Shown: positions 10,501 to 19,245 of the stretch, piece by piece | Layout: the number at the start of each line of letters is the position of its first letter | Position numbering within the stretch: position 1 is the first letter of the stretch | Assembly (NCBI GenBank): GCA_964608095.1 | Contig: CAZSMK010000044.1 | Span: 1-64,000 of the forward strand | Direction: 5' to 3' | DNA from: an uncultured Candidatus Sumerlaeota bacterium | Lineage (GTDB): Bacteria > Sumerlaeota > Sumerlaeia > MWCT01 > JAGHBZ01 | Length of the DNA: 64,000 bases | The notes under the pieces: model-generated | What the model was told of the DNA's origin: nothing | What the model saw: only the letters and a program-made list of their open reading frames with translations | Databases searched by the model: none | Position numbers and translations under genes: made by a program

Positions 10501-12060
10501 GTAATAACTGATGAACTTCTGTCCGGTCCAGCTTGCTGTACCCCCGAAATACCATAATAATAGGGCATTATCCACCGCCTCACCGATGCTTACCGGGTTA
10601 TAGGTCGACACCATCAAATTGGCTATATAAAAGGACCCCACGTCCATAGGAACAATGTCAAGAACACAAACGCCAGTCCTGTTACCAGCGTAATTCCGGC
10701 TGTCGGGAATTGACTCATGTGTGAAGTATTGATTAGCGGAATAAAAATCACCTTTATCCCCGGACTTATTTTGCTCAATCTGCTCGAGCCCGTCTGCTTC
10801 CATCAGGCGAAGCAGTTTATGGCTTGTAAAGCTATTGTTATAGTAAAAATTGGTGCCCTCGGAGTTGAGTCGGGCATCAACGTGCCAGATAAGCAGACCG
10901 TCCGTGGGGAAAAAATGGTCGTTTGTGTCGGCATCGAGAGGCGAGCGGTTCTGAACAATGAAATATTCGGAGAAGATATCGTCCATTTGCAGACCGGGCA
11001 TAATGACCGCACAGTCTTTAAACGTGGAAGAGGGTCTGAGCAAATGAGAGTAGGGCATATTCAGAACGCTGCCGCTCCCGATAACGGTGGGAGAAACCCA
11101 GTCGAGGAGCCATTTACTGAAGGCATTATGGTCGCCCATGTTGGCGTCCATCATGTCCAGACCACCAACGCCGCCCATGGGACCAATTGCGTCGTCGTAA
11201 TCGTAATAATCGGGCAATCCGAGACCATGCCCGGTCTCATGAATAACGACCTTCGGCTTGAAGGTAGAGCCGACCGGGCGCCCTTCCCACTGCCAGGAAA
11301 AGACGCTCAAGCGTTTTCCATCGACGGTATACATGTCGTCTTTGAAAAAGCCACCCCCCATATCGCACCATGCCCACCATAATGTTAACCACCCGGTATC
11401 AGGACCGCTCCAGAAAACCATAAAAAAATCTATGACGCCATCGCCGTTGTTGTCATAGACCGAGAAATCATGCGTGGAGTTGAACGAGTTGATAGCCTCT
11501 TTGATCAGTTCGTTCACGCCACCGGCTTTATGGTAGTAAACCCTGTCGTTCTTGGCTCGATACCATGGAAACACATGACCTTGAATATCAAGGACACCAT
11601 AAGACGAACGGCGGTAATATTCCCTCAGGCTTTCGTAAGGCTTGTCGTCGGCGACACCATAGCCGAAAAGTTTCGTGTTGAATACGGAGTAGTCATTGGT
11701 GTGAGGGTAGTCAGGAAAATCGATAAGAAGGGCAAAGACCTTCGGGTTTCCATGTGAGGGTAAGCCGGTCTTATAGGGAAACGATTTGATATCGAATGCG
11801 CTACCTTCTTTGAGCGCGGAAAGTTGCGCCTGTTTTCGTGCGATCAAATCAGGATGGATTTCATAACAGCCAAGAAATCTGCCGAACTCGATGCGTTCCG
11901 CTAAGACGCCGTCTTTTCGCAAGGTGACGAGTTCATCTTTATCCGGTGGGGCAACACCGAACACCGTCAATGATGGTGCGAAGAGGAAAAGGCAGATCAA
12001 AGAAAGAAAAACCGGATTTTTAATACACCTAAAAGGGAACAACACGTAATGGAATCTCAT
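7546..12060 (-). CDS. Secreted M6 (immune inhibitor A-like) zinc metalloprotease of 1504 aa, with five ~128-aa repeat modules, two TP linkers and a C-terminal tandem pair of the unrecognised ~160-aa module.
   Basis: Catalytic motif VVIHETGHGLGLPDYYD (M6 HEXXH...E signature). Signal-peptide-like N-terminus. Repeat modules carry GPGTLSFYWKVSS...ISGEVDW...GWLDKV. C-terminal copies A (~8035-8530) and B (~7549-8034). Confidence 0.85.
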   Translation of the reverse strand: MRFHYVLFPFRCIKNPVFLSLICLFLFAPSLTVFGVAPPDKDELVTLRKDGVLAERIEFGRFLGCYEIHPDLIARKQAQLSALKEGSAFDIKSFPYKTGLPSHGNPKVFALLIDFPDYPHTNDYSVFNTKLFGYGVADDKPYESLREYYRRSSYGVLDIQGHVFPWYRAKNDRVYYHKAGGVNELIKEAINSFNSTHDFSVYDNNGDGVIDFFMVFWSGPDTGWLTLWWAWCDMGGGFFKDDMYTVDGKRLSVFSWQWEGRPVGSTFKPKVVIHETGHGLGLPDYYDYDDAIGPMGGVGGLDMMDANMGDHNAFSKWLLDWVSPTVIGSGSVLNMPYSHLLRPSSTFKDCAVIMPGLQMDDIFSEYFIVQNRSPLDADTNDHFFPTDGLLIWHVDARLNSEGTNFYYNNSFTSHKLLRLMEADGLEQIEQNKSGDKGDFYSANQYFTHESIPDSRNYAGNRTGVCVLDIVPMDVGSFYIANLMVSTYNPVSIGEAVDNALLLWYFGGTASWTGQKFISYYGGDAARSYKISDNQNSYMHTTVTGPGTLSFYWKVSSEPGGDYLQFLIDSVVEDEISGEVDWQPMTYDIPAGSHTLLWNYQKNASASAGFDQGYVDKVNFSISSLADGVDNIILPWTSRGDALWFNQTSTYYYAGDAVQSGSLSKDQVSIIETSVSGPGTLSFYWRDSDISYSGDFYFYIDGVNKGWTYENSWEQETFIIPPGPHVLSWEYSLYSDTTDYGWLDRVQFFPDNLTLGEAVDNTSLSWSTYGSGFWAGQQDSYYYGFDAARSGAVSHNQGSYLETTINGPGTLNFWWRVSSELGHDYLEFYVDSVLKEKISGWLLSSWREKTQLIDAGQHTIRWIYYKDATGTGGLDCGWVDKVSFTGSPSLGEALDNTSFIWNTSGNAQWFGQTQVYLYGGDAARSGTISHNQQSTLSTSITGPGMLSFYWKVSCQWYWDYVAFYVDGEQIESINGEVDWQQVIFPIQPGNHTVTWTYKKDNAFSDHDDCAWLDKVEFAPGQVPTPTPTPTPTPSLSLGEAVDNLLLTWDTAGFGDWMPTFQTYYYDGDAAQSAPITDSKYTRIYTTLEGPGTLRFYWKVSSQEDHDFLRFYIDGVEQESISGEVDWSQRVYAIDTGSYPVMWWYQKDDESASGSDCGWLDRVEFGMGTPTPTPIPTPAAYYTFDSGAEGWQFAGQVSPFDLPLHTASNGVLGLSPGSSSHAFSYWFSPDVTVKNGRLYRARWLVGSTTSNPDYAVQFRLRANQKSAWSGWERNVNSNLSIAPADGNQKIYTLFLDPAVSSLSDDHLVVLSFDILSFDANDDIGSWTFLNQMIVEEVYVTPGSKVLNYDFVSGTDAWVFQGTVGGFDSPASITMFGKIGLNPEGSANAFSYWYSPDVAIQNGKVYRVKWEIESSVDFPDKAVQFRLRHNQRGSWSAWSRNVNSFLSNAPSIDNPKMYNVYLDPLVAGTGDDALLLSFDMLSFDANDDVYSSLYLNSVAMDEVTITP
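7549..8530 (-). other. Tandem A+B copies of the unrecognised ~160-aa C-terminal module (M6 protease).
   Basis: YYTFDSGAEGWQF...FSYWFSPDV...YRARWLVGSTTSNPDYAVQFRLRANQ...LSFDILSFDANDD..SW, then a second copy ending DEVTITP-stop. Confidence 0.8.
8572..10584 (-). repeat. Five tandem ~128-aa protein modules of unrecognised family inside the M6 protease.
   Basis: Recurrent GEAVDN..W...W.GQ...YYGGDAA.SG.IS.NQ.S....T..GPGTLSFYW.VSS...DYL.FY.D......ISGEVDW......I..G.HT..W.Y.KD.....D.GW.D.V.F. Confidence 0.7.
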
Positions 12061-12321
12061 ATCTACAACCTACTACTCCATAGTATTTAAAAAAAACAGA
12101 AATTGTCTCACAAGAACTCCCTAAAGACAATTAAAAAATAACAAGCCGTAAAAGAGGCGTTACAAGGAAAAAACGGATGCAATCTTTTGCTTTTTCCCTG
12201 ACTCCTAATTCATCACAAAATGTCAACACCGTAACCATTGGAATTGATACAAATAGTCCTGTTATCCTATCATCGTAATCGATAAAAATGATTCCGGTAA
12301 AAAGTCTGACAAGGAGCTTTT

Positions 12322-14022
12322 ATGAAGATCAACAGGATACATACACTCTCACTTCTGATTATTATTGTACCGTTTGCTTCGGCGATATTGTGTGGATGCG
12401 GGGTGCAGGTGATGCCCTCTACCGAGCCTGCATATAGTATGCCGCCAGAATCGAAAGTAGAGGCTTATATCGAGGTCTGGCGGATGTTTCCCGGTATGTT
12501 TCCCTATGAAAAGCTTTATGCGACAGAGGAATCCATCCAGGTAGCACGTGAGGATATGATCGTTGAAAGGGAGTTATCCCGTAGGGCGAGAAGAAAAGAC
12601 CTGAGTCTATCAGAGAAACATGAAAATCTGCTCAAAAAGTTCGAGACCAAACGCCTGATAAAGCTTCTTTACGAGAAGAAGGTGGTTCCCGATATACAGG
12701 TTTCGGATGAAGAGATAAGGCGCTACTATGCAACAAATCTCGAGGAATTCACTCAGCCTGAAGAAGTTGAGATTGCCCAGATTTTCGTTGAAGCGTCAGA
12801 GGGAATGGGCAAAGAAGAGATTGATCGTGCGAGGCAAAAGATCGAAGCGGCGCTTGAGGAATTGCATAACGGCAAGGCTTTCGAAGAGGTGGCAAAAAAA
12901 TATTCGGAAGCCGCGAGTGCGGAAAGAGGCGGTCGAGCGGGAAAACTAAGACGAGGTATTGCGCCGCCGGCGATAGAAACCGCGGCTTTTTCTCTCACCC
13001 CGGGTCACACAAGTGACATTATCGAGTCAACGCATGGCTTTCATATTATCAAGATTATCGAGCATTATCCAGAAAAAATCCCTCCTCTTGAATCAGTATC
13101 TGACCGTATCCGAGCAGTAATCCGCGGACAAAAAGAAGAAGAAAAGCAGATTCGATTGCTCAATCGTGTAGCAAACTCACCGGGTGTCGAGACACACTTT
13201 GATCGTATGCGAGATGCGGATGAAGAAACCATTATTGTGAAGATCGGTGAGTCTTCGTTTTACCCTTCGGACCTGCTGCACCGCTTACCCGAGGAAACAG
13301 CTCCATCATTGGCACGATGGGACCGTTTGTTTATACCTATGTTTAAAGAAGATCTTCTCGCGTTCGAGGCACATCGGCATGAACTCAACCAAAACGATGA
13401 ATTCTTGAGAGACCGCCAATGGGTTATCCATTATCTTTTGGCTGAAGAGTATTTTTCTCAAATAGTATTTCCAGAGATTCAGGTTGAGCCAGATGAAGCA
13501 AAGCGTTATGTAAAGGAACACCCTTTATTGTTTATCCAGCATGAGCAGGCGGATTGCATGGTGTTAAGTATGAGGTTCGAAACACTGCCGGACCATCCCG
13601 CGAGACGGCATTATTTTTTGAAATCAGTTGAGGAAGAACTGAACAATTTCAGAGAAGAGATCACCTCATCAGGGACGTCACTTACCTCCACGACATTCTC
13701 ACTTCGGGCAGATGAATACATAAAAAACAAAAAACAGGGAGAATTGTATCGAACCGGGATGATAATTCCAGCGCGCAGGGGGCGTTTCTTTGATATGACA
13801 GTAGAAAAGTTATCGCCGGGAGAGTTGAGTCCCGTTGTCGCGCTCCCTGATGGCGCCATGCTGATTTATTGCATAAAGAAGACGCCTCGCGAGCAAATGA
13901 GTGAAAAGGATGCAATCCAAAAGGCGACCGATATTGTGATGGGCAAGAAAATGTGGGAGGCGCGTAAAGGTTTGTATTTAGAAATACTCGAGGAACAATC
14001 CAAATCAGCAAGATTAAAATAG
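12322..14022 (+). CDS. Periplasmic/lipoprotein peptidyl-prolyl cis-trans isomerase, parvulin type (SurA/PrsA-like), two PpiC-like domains.
   Basis: RBS AAGGAG. Lipobox-like AILCGCG. Rotamase motifs GKLRRGIAPPAIETAAFSL..G.TSDIIESTHGFHIIK and a second degenerate PpiC region. Confidence 0.7.
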   Translation: MKINRIHTLSLLIIIVPFASAILCGCGVQVMPSTEPAYSMPPESKVEAYIEVWRMFPGMFPYEKLYATEESIQVAREDMIVERELSRRARRKDLSLSEKHENLLKKFETKRLIKLLYEKKVVPDIQVSDEEIRRYYATNLEEFTQPEEVEIAQIFVEASEGMGKEEIDRARQKIEAALEELHNGKAFEEVAKKYSEAASAERGGRAGKLRRGIAPPAIETAAFSLTPGHTSDIIESTHGFHIIKIIEHYPEKIPPLESVSDRIRAVIRGQKEEEKQIRLLNRVANSPGVETHFDRMRDADEETIIVKIGESSFYPSDLLHRLPEETAPSLARWDRLFIPMFKEDLLAFEAHRHELNQNDEFLRDRQWVIHYLLAEEYFSQIVFPEIQVEPDEAKRYVKEHPLLFIQHEQADCMVLSMRFETLPDHPARRHYFLKSVEEELNNFREEITSSGTSLTSTTFSLRADEYIKNKKQGELYRTGMIIPARRGRFFDMTVEKLSPGELSPVVALPDGAMLIYCIKKTPREQMSEKDAIQKATDIVMGKKMWEARKGLYLEILEEQSKSARLK

Positions 14023-14028
14023 AAAAAT

Positions 14029-14055
14029 CCTCCCTCGAGAATCTCGAGGGAGGAT
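14029..14055. terminator. Bidirectional hairpin terminator between convergent genes.
   Basis: TCCTCCCTCGAG-AAT-CTCGAGGGAGGA is a perfect 12-bp stem. On the - strand it is followed by TTTTTCTATTTT; on the + strand it is preceded by AAAAA. Confidence 0.65.
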
Positions 14056-14076
14056 CTGAAATTCTAATGAACAGTA

Positions 14077-14631
14077 TCAGGGTTTGTTTGCATAAAGCGA
14101 CCAGTCACTAACGCTGGAAGATTCCGTGTAAGAGATGTCGTCAAGATAGAATTCATTAGTTGCGGGATCGGTAGCATCCCATGGAGCAGTGGAATTGATC
14201 ATAATATAACCACTAACTCCGGCTTTTGTCTGACCGCTTAAAGTTTTCGACTGCCATGTGCCAAGGAGTGTGTCGTCAAAGGCAATATTGGTGCCACCAG
14301 GATTATCCTTATCGAGATCGTAAGTATTCAACCCCAGCCCGTATTCGCTAATCGCAACGAGCTTGGTCCACGCCGTAATCTCGTAAGGGAGATCTTCGGC
14401 ACCGATAGTAACCGTGTTTCTCACGCCGCACCAGACGTCGCTATCCGTGCACTTGATAGAACCTGCAGCGTCATGAAACTCGACAGCGTCATGAGCGATC
14501 GTTGTGTTCCATGTGCTCGCGGCTGAATTCCACCCTTCTATGTCGGAATCAAACGTCCACAGCGAATTATCAGCCACACAAAGGGAAGCAACAGACATGG
14601 CAATAGCAATCACAAAAATACACTTTTTCAT
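14077..14631 (-). CDS. Small secreted CBM4/9-like beta-sandwich protein.
   Basis: RBS GGAGGAG. Signal peptide MKKCIFVIAIAMSVASLCVA. Begins WTFDSDIEGWNS, the F-D-S-x-x-E-G-W start typical of CBM_4_9-like domains. Confidence 0.65.
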   Translation of the reverse strand: MKKCIFVIAIAMSVASLCVADNSLWTFDSDIEGWNSAASTWNTTIAHDAVEFHDAAGSIKCTDSDVWCGVRNTVTIGAEDLPYEITAWTKLVAISEYGLGLNTYDLDKDNPGGTNIAFDDTLLGTWQSKTLSGQTKAGVSGYIMINSTAPWDATDPATNEFYLDDISYTESSSVSDWSLYANKP

Positions 14632-14741
14632 CTCAAAACTCCTCCTCTCTCTTTAGTATTAGATAGTGTCTATTTAAAGGGGAATAGAAATATAAGTCAA
14701 GGTATTTTAGTATCTTTGAGTTTTTTTTTATGACACGCGGT

Positions 14742-15200
14742 TCAAGTAGTCTGAGGCAATTCAGACGTACAATGAGGACAACGGGTTGCCTTGATAGGAA
14801 TGGTTGACAGGCAGAAGGGACATTCTTTGGTTGTGGGTACAGGTGGAGGCGCCTCCTCTTTTCGTTTCATGTTATTAATGGCCCGAATAAGGAGAAACAC
14901 AGCAAAGGCAACGATAAGGAAACTGACGACGGTATTGATGAAGGTGCCGTAGTTGAGGGTAACAGCGCCTGCAGCCTGGGCATCGGGAAGGGTAAGATAG
15001 GGTCCTGCGACCTCACCCCTCTTGAGTACAATAAAGAGGTCGGCAAAATCGACATTTCCCAGCAAAAGACCAATAGGCGGCATAATGACATCGGAAACGA
15101 GCGATTTTACGATCGTGCCGAACGCGCCACCAATGATAATACCTACCGCCATGTCGACCACATTTCCGCGCATCGCAAACTCTTTGAAGTCTTTCAGCAT
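14742..15200 (-). CDS. mscL: Large-conductance mechanosensitive channel MscL with an extra C-terminal CxxC...CxxC zinc-ribbon-like tail.
   Basis: [28 protein letters not shown]...[21 protein letters not shown] is canonical MscL TM1/TM2. The tail is [35 protein letters not shown]. Confidence 0.85.
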   Translation of the reverse strand: MLKDFKEFAMRGNVVDMAVGIIIGGAFGTIVKSLVSDVIMPPIGLLLGNVDFADLFIVLKRGEVAGPYLTLPDAQAAGAVTLNYGTFINTVVSFLIVAFAVFLLIRAINNMKRKEEAPPPVPTTKECPFCLSTIPIKATRCPHCTSELPQTT

Positions 15201-15326
15201 TTTTATTCCTCCCTTTCTCAGGAGAAGATTAGTACCACTACATTCGAATTCTCTTCTCTTCTTTCTCGTTACAAATAGCTGAAAAGTTAAGCTAAAATTG
15301 AATTTTTTATTCTTATATTTATATGA

Positions 15327-16466
15327 TTATTTTCCCCCGAGCAAGGTGTGAACCTTTTTCAGATTATTCATAATCTGGATGTTCTGTGGACATTTTTCTT
15401 CGCATTCACCGCATTCGACACAACTGGACGCCTGATTCTCGGGTTTGAGCAAGAGATGATAGACGCGTTTAGCAGAGGCTTTATTGTCGTACATGACCGC
15501 CTCGTTGTAGAATCGGTGGCAAATCGGAATGTTCACGCCATAAGGGCAGGGCATACAATAGCCACAGCCTGTACATTCCACGGGAATTCGTGCGCGAAAC
15601 GCTTCCCTGACTTTTGCAAAAATGGGTAGGTCGTTGGACAACAGGCAACCGGGTTGCACCTGTGAGGCAATGGCTATATTTTCCTTAACCTGCTCGATTG
15701 CGTTCATTCCGCTCAAAAGCATCGAGACGTCCGGATGGTTCCACACCCATCGCAACGCCCATTCCGCATAGCTACGGTTGACCGGTGCGCTTTTCCAGAT
15801 TTTTTTAATCTCGCGCGGCGGTTCTTTGGCAAGATTGCCCCCTCTGAGCGGTTCCATTACTATAACGCCGATACCCTTACCGGCTGCGAGTTCCAATCCT
15901 TTTCTCCCTGCTTGCTCGTGCTCATCCATGAAGTTGTACTGAATCTGGCAAAATGTCCAATCATACCCATTAATTACCCTTTCAAAAACCTCGTACGTGT
16001 CATGGAAAGAAAATCCAGCATATTTTATTCGTCCGTCGTTGAGCGCCGAGTCAAGAAAATCCCCTACCCCGATCTTCCTATAGGTCTCCCAATTTTTCTT
16101 GTTCACTGCGTGGAGAAGATAGAAATCGATATGGTCGGTTTGCAGCCGTTCGAGTTGTCGAGCGAGAAGTTTGTCGCAATCATCGCGAGTCTCGACGAGC
16201 CATGAGGGAAGTTTTGTCGCCAGAAACACCTTTTCGCGATACCCATCGCCGAGCGCTCTACCGAGCCAGAGTTCACTATTACCGCCGTGATATCCCCAGG
16301 CGGTATCCACGTAGTTCACCCCATGATCGATGGCATAACGCAAAAGGCGCGTGGCTTCCGGCTCGTTGATCTTACTCTCATCGTTGTCGATCACGGGTAA
16401 CCTCATACACCCGAAACCAAGTATAGAGACCTCAGGACCTCGTTTTCCCATTGTGCGATAGTGCAT
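15327..16466 (-). CDS. Aldo/keto reductase fused to a C-terminal 2x[4Fe-4S] ferredoxin domain (COG1453-type oxidoreductase).
   Basis: AKR N-terminus MHYRTMGKRGPEVSILGFGCMRLP. C-terminal CTGCGYCMPCP and CVECGECEEKCP. Start trimmed to the GGAG-supported ATG at 16466; the track ORF extends to 16541. Confidence 0.85.
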   Translation of the reverse strand: MHYRTMGKRGPEVSILGFGCMRLPVIDNDESKINEPEATRLLRYAIDHGVNYVDTAWGYHGGNSELWLGRALGDGYREKVFLATKLPSWLVETRDDCDKLLARQLERLQTDHIDFYLLHAVNKKNWETYRKIGVGDFLDSALNDGRIKYAGFSFHDTYEVFERVINGYDWTFCQIQYNFMDEHEQAGRKGLELAAGKGIGVIVMEPLRGGNLAKEPPREIKKIWKSAPVNRSYAEWALRWVWNHPDVSMLLSGMNAIEQVKENIAIASQVQPGCLLSNDLPIFAKVREAFRARIPVECTGCGYCMPCPYGVNIPICHRFYNEAVMYDNKASAKRVYHLLLKPENQASSCVECGECEEKCPQNIQIMNNLKKVHTLLGGK

Positions 16467-16608
16467 TTTGTAACTCCATTTCAATAAGAATATGAAGAAG
16501 AGAAACGTAAAGAAATGTTCTCTAATCCTGAACTTATCCAATGCGAAATCTGAGGGTATAGATTAAACATCCGCAGAGAGTATATATTACGTAAGTCAGG
16601 AGAGTAAT

Positions 16609-17289
16609 TCAACATACTTGGAATATTAAAAGGGTAGAAGAAAGTTCTTTTGAGAAAAGAGCCTTCTTCCACCCCAATGTTGAAAGCCTACAAAACGCTC
16701 GATCTGATGAACCAGATACTGCAGGGTCGATGATGACATCGAAAAACTTAACGCCGGTGGTCGACGGCGCATGCTGATTAAAACTGTTTACGATTCGGTA
16801 CCAGCTCGTCCATGTCCCCTTCTGGTTGACGCGTAAGCGAAATTGAACCTCAAGGTCAGCGTCGCTGCAATCGCTGCCCACCTGCCATCGTGAACGATAA
16901 ATCTTTGCGTCCTCTATCTGGACGTCGGGACTATAGAGGTACGAGAAACAGTTTGTCGAGAGCTACGGAGAAAGACCGGTTCCATCGATAACGGTTGTTT
17001 CCCGGCATATAAGATTATGGGGATCTTTACTTCTCAGATGTATTTCTTTTTTATCGAATTTGAGCGGTTCGTATCCTTCTCCGGCAGTGTAAACCCCCGG
17101 TGCGACGATTATGGTATCGCCAACCGGTCCCGCATCGTCCACCGCATCATACATTGAGTTGAATGCATCTTCCCACGACGTACCGTCGTTGTTTCCTGTA
17201 GCGTTAATATCTACATAAATGGTCTTTGCGATGGTTGTAGAGAACAAAAGACAACAAAAAATCAAAACAATAATATAGATTCTTTTCAT
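16609..17289 (-). pseudogene. Decayed gene. A signal peptide plus ~100 aa of a right-handed beta-helix N-terminus is fused, through an in-frame TAG (16963-16965), to the middle of an A-type copy of the unrecognised C-terminal module, and then frameshifted.
   Basis: Reads ...TTVIDGTGLSP-TAG-LSTNCFSYLYSPDVQIEDAKIYRSRWQVGS...VQFRLRVNQKGTWTSWYRIVNSFNQHAPS...DPAVSGSSD, then loses the consensus. The 3' end runs into the promoter region of the AKR gene. Confidence 0.6.
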
Positions 17290-17524
17290 GATATTTTCTC
17301 CTTCTGTGTTTTTTTGTAAGAGACGGAACAGGGAAGACTAAGCGTCTTAAAAAAGAAAAAGTCGACCCTTAAATGTTCGGAAAATCGGACTGTCTGCTTC
17401 TTGAACATGTAGAAACATGATCTGGTAATTTTCGCTTGCCTTTCGGCGTTTCAACAAAAGACAATAGGCTGTCCCCTATGTTCAATATGAACACGATATA
17501 CATAGCAAGGAGGCAAAGGAACTG

Positions 17525-17833
17525 ATGATTGTCACTATCGTAGCAGTGCACGTTAACAAAGAGCATGTCCAGGATTTCATCGAAGCGACCGTTCGGAATC
17601 ATGAAGGCTCGATCAAGGAAGAGGGGAACCTGCGGTTTGACGTGCTGCAATCGACAGATGATCCGACACGCTTCAGCCTGTATGAAGCGTACGAATCGGA
17701 AGAAGCGGCGGCAGCCCATAAGAATACGCCTCATTACCTTGAATGGCGTGAGAAAGTAGCGCCATGGATGGCGCGTCCCCGCGAAGGGCTGAAACACATT
17801 GTCATTCGACCTTTGGAGAGAAATCAATGGTGA
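17525..17833 (+). CDS. Antibiotic-biosynthesis-monooxygenase (ABM) family protein, YgiN-like.
   Basis: RBS AAGGAGG. ABM-like fold sequence. Overlaps the next gene by 7 nt, suggesting an operon. Confidence 0.7.
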   Translation: MIVTIVAVHVNKEHVQDFIEATVRNHEGSIKEEGNLRFDVLQSTDDPTRFSLYEAYESEEAAAAHKNTPHYLEWREKVAPWMARPREGLKHIVIRPLERNQW

Positions 17834-19008
17834 TTGCGCCGTTCAAATTCGCACGTATTCCCGTGCTCATTTTCGGCAACGGAACGATTGCACAGTTGCC
17901 TGAGCATCTTATAAAGATGGGGAAACATGTCTTACTGGTTACGGGCAAAAAATCATTTCGCACAACCGAGGAGTGGAATCGGCTTGTCAATACCCTGAAG
18001 GAGCACGGGGCGATGTGGTACGAGGTGCACGTGGCGGATGAACCTTCGCCCGACCTTATTGATGAGACTGTCGTCGAGTTCAGGGAACAGGGAATTGAGG
18101 TCGTCGCCGCTATCGGCGGGGGAAGCGTGATTGACGCAGGTAAGGCGATCTCAGCTATGCTGCGGGAAAAAGGTTCCGTGCTCGACTATCTCGAGGGCGT
18201 CGGAAGCGGCGCTGTTCATAGCGGCAATAAGGTGCCCTTCATCGCGGTTCCCACGACAGCCGGAACGGGAAGCGAGGCAACAAAGAACGCAGTGTTGAGC
18301 CGAATCGGTCGCGAAGGATTCAAGAATTCATTACGGCACGATAATTTCGTTCCCGATGTCGCCCTGGTCGACCCGCAGTTGACCTTAACATGTCCACCGG
18401 CATTATCCGCGGCGTGTGGGATGGATGCCTTTACACAACTGCTCGAATCCTATGTATCGACAAAAGCCAATCCGATGACGGACGCACTCGCATTCAGCGG
18501 AATGGCGTTCTGTAAGGAGAACCTGATAAAGGTATGCACAAAAGAGCCGAACAACCCGGAATCGCGCACGGCAATGTCGTACGCCGCCTTTATATCAGGG
18601 ATTACCCTGGCAAATGCGGGGCTTGGTATCGTACACGGACTGGCTGGACCTATGGGCGGCTTCTTCAGGATTCCTCACGGCGTGGCATGCGGAACTCTGT
18701 TGAGCGCTGCTGTAAAAAGTACAATCCGGAAACTACAAGAAACCGACCCGGGCAATAGTGCATTGGAGAAATATGCACGAGTCGGCGCCTTACTCAGGGA
18801 TACTGACGAGAAGGATATGGAACGTTCCCTTAATACTCTCATAGACACACTGGAAGAATGGACAAGTAGCCTTCACCTTCCGCGCCTTGGCGCCTATAGT
18901 ATAACACCTTCGGATTTTGACAAAATAATCAAGGCGAGCAGTAACAAAAACAACCCAATCTCCCTTAATGATGATGAGGTACGAACTATCTTGAGCGCCC
19001 GGCTCTGA
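17827..19008 (+). CDS. Iron-containing alcohol dehydrogenase (Fe-ADH family).
   Basis: GGGSVIDAGKAI motif and AVPTTAGTGSE. Start moved to ATG 17827 (MVIAPFKF...). Confidence 0.85.
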   Translation: MVIAPFKFARIPVLIFGNGTIAQLPEHLIKMGKHVLLVTGKKSFRTTEEWNRLVNTLKEHGAMWYEVHVADEPSPDLIDETVVEFREQGIEVVAAIGGGSVIDAGKAISAMLREKGSVLDYLEGVGSGAVHSGNKVPFIAVPTTAGTGSEATKNAVLSRIGREGFKNSLRHDNFVPDVALVDPQLTLTCPPALSAACGMDAFTQLLESYVSTKANPMTDALAFSGMAFCKENLIKVCTKEPNNPESRTAMSYAAFISGITLANAGLGIVHGLAGPMGGFFRIPHGVACGTLLSAAVKSTIRKLQETDPGNSALEKYARVGALLRDTDEKDMERSLNTLIDTLEEWTSSLHLPRLGAYSITPSDFDKIIKASSNKNNPISLNDDEVRTILSARL

Positions 19009-19245
19009 TCCCAAAAAATTGACATCTCTCAAGGAGGTGAAGTAGGATAATTCCTGTGTTTTATCGTACAATGGGATTTATGTAACCAGAGAGACTCAAC
19101 ATGTATGTTGCCTCATACATGACTCTTCATACTTATTTACAACCATCCAAATTCACACTTTATCACCCGGAACCTATACACATTCGTCCTCATGCTTTTT
19201 TAAATTTATCCACACATGAAAGCCGACGGAGGTAACTAAAAAAAT

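Noticed and set aside
16963-16965. In-frame TAG considered as amber recoding (pyrrolysine) or programmed readthrough.
   Set aside because: TAG is used as the terminator of several well-supported genes here (4179-6062, 34404-36431 and the GH39-like gene). The same locus also has a deletion and a frameshift, so a pseudogene is the simpler reading.
19207-19215. Perfect DnaA box TTATCCACA upstream of the YVTN gene, considered as part of an origin of replication.
   Set aside because: It is a single 9-mer, at about chance expectation for 128 kb of two strands. There is no cluster of boxes, no AT-rich DUE, and no dnaA/dnaN nearby.
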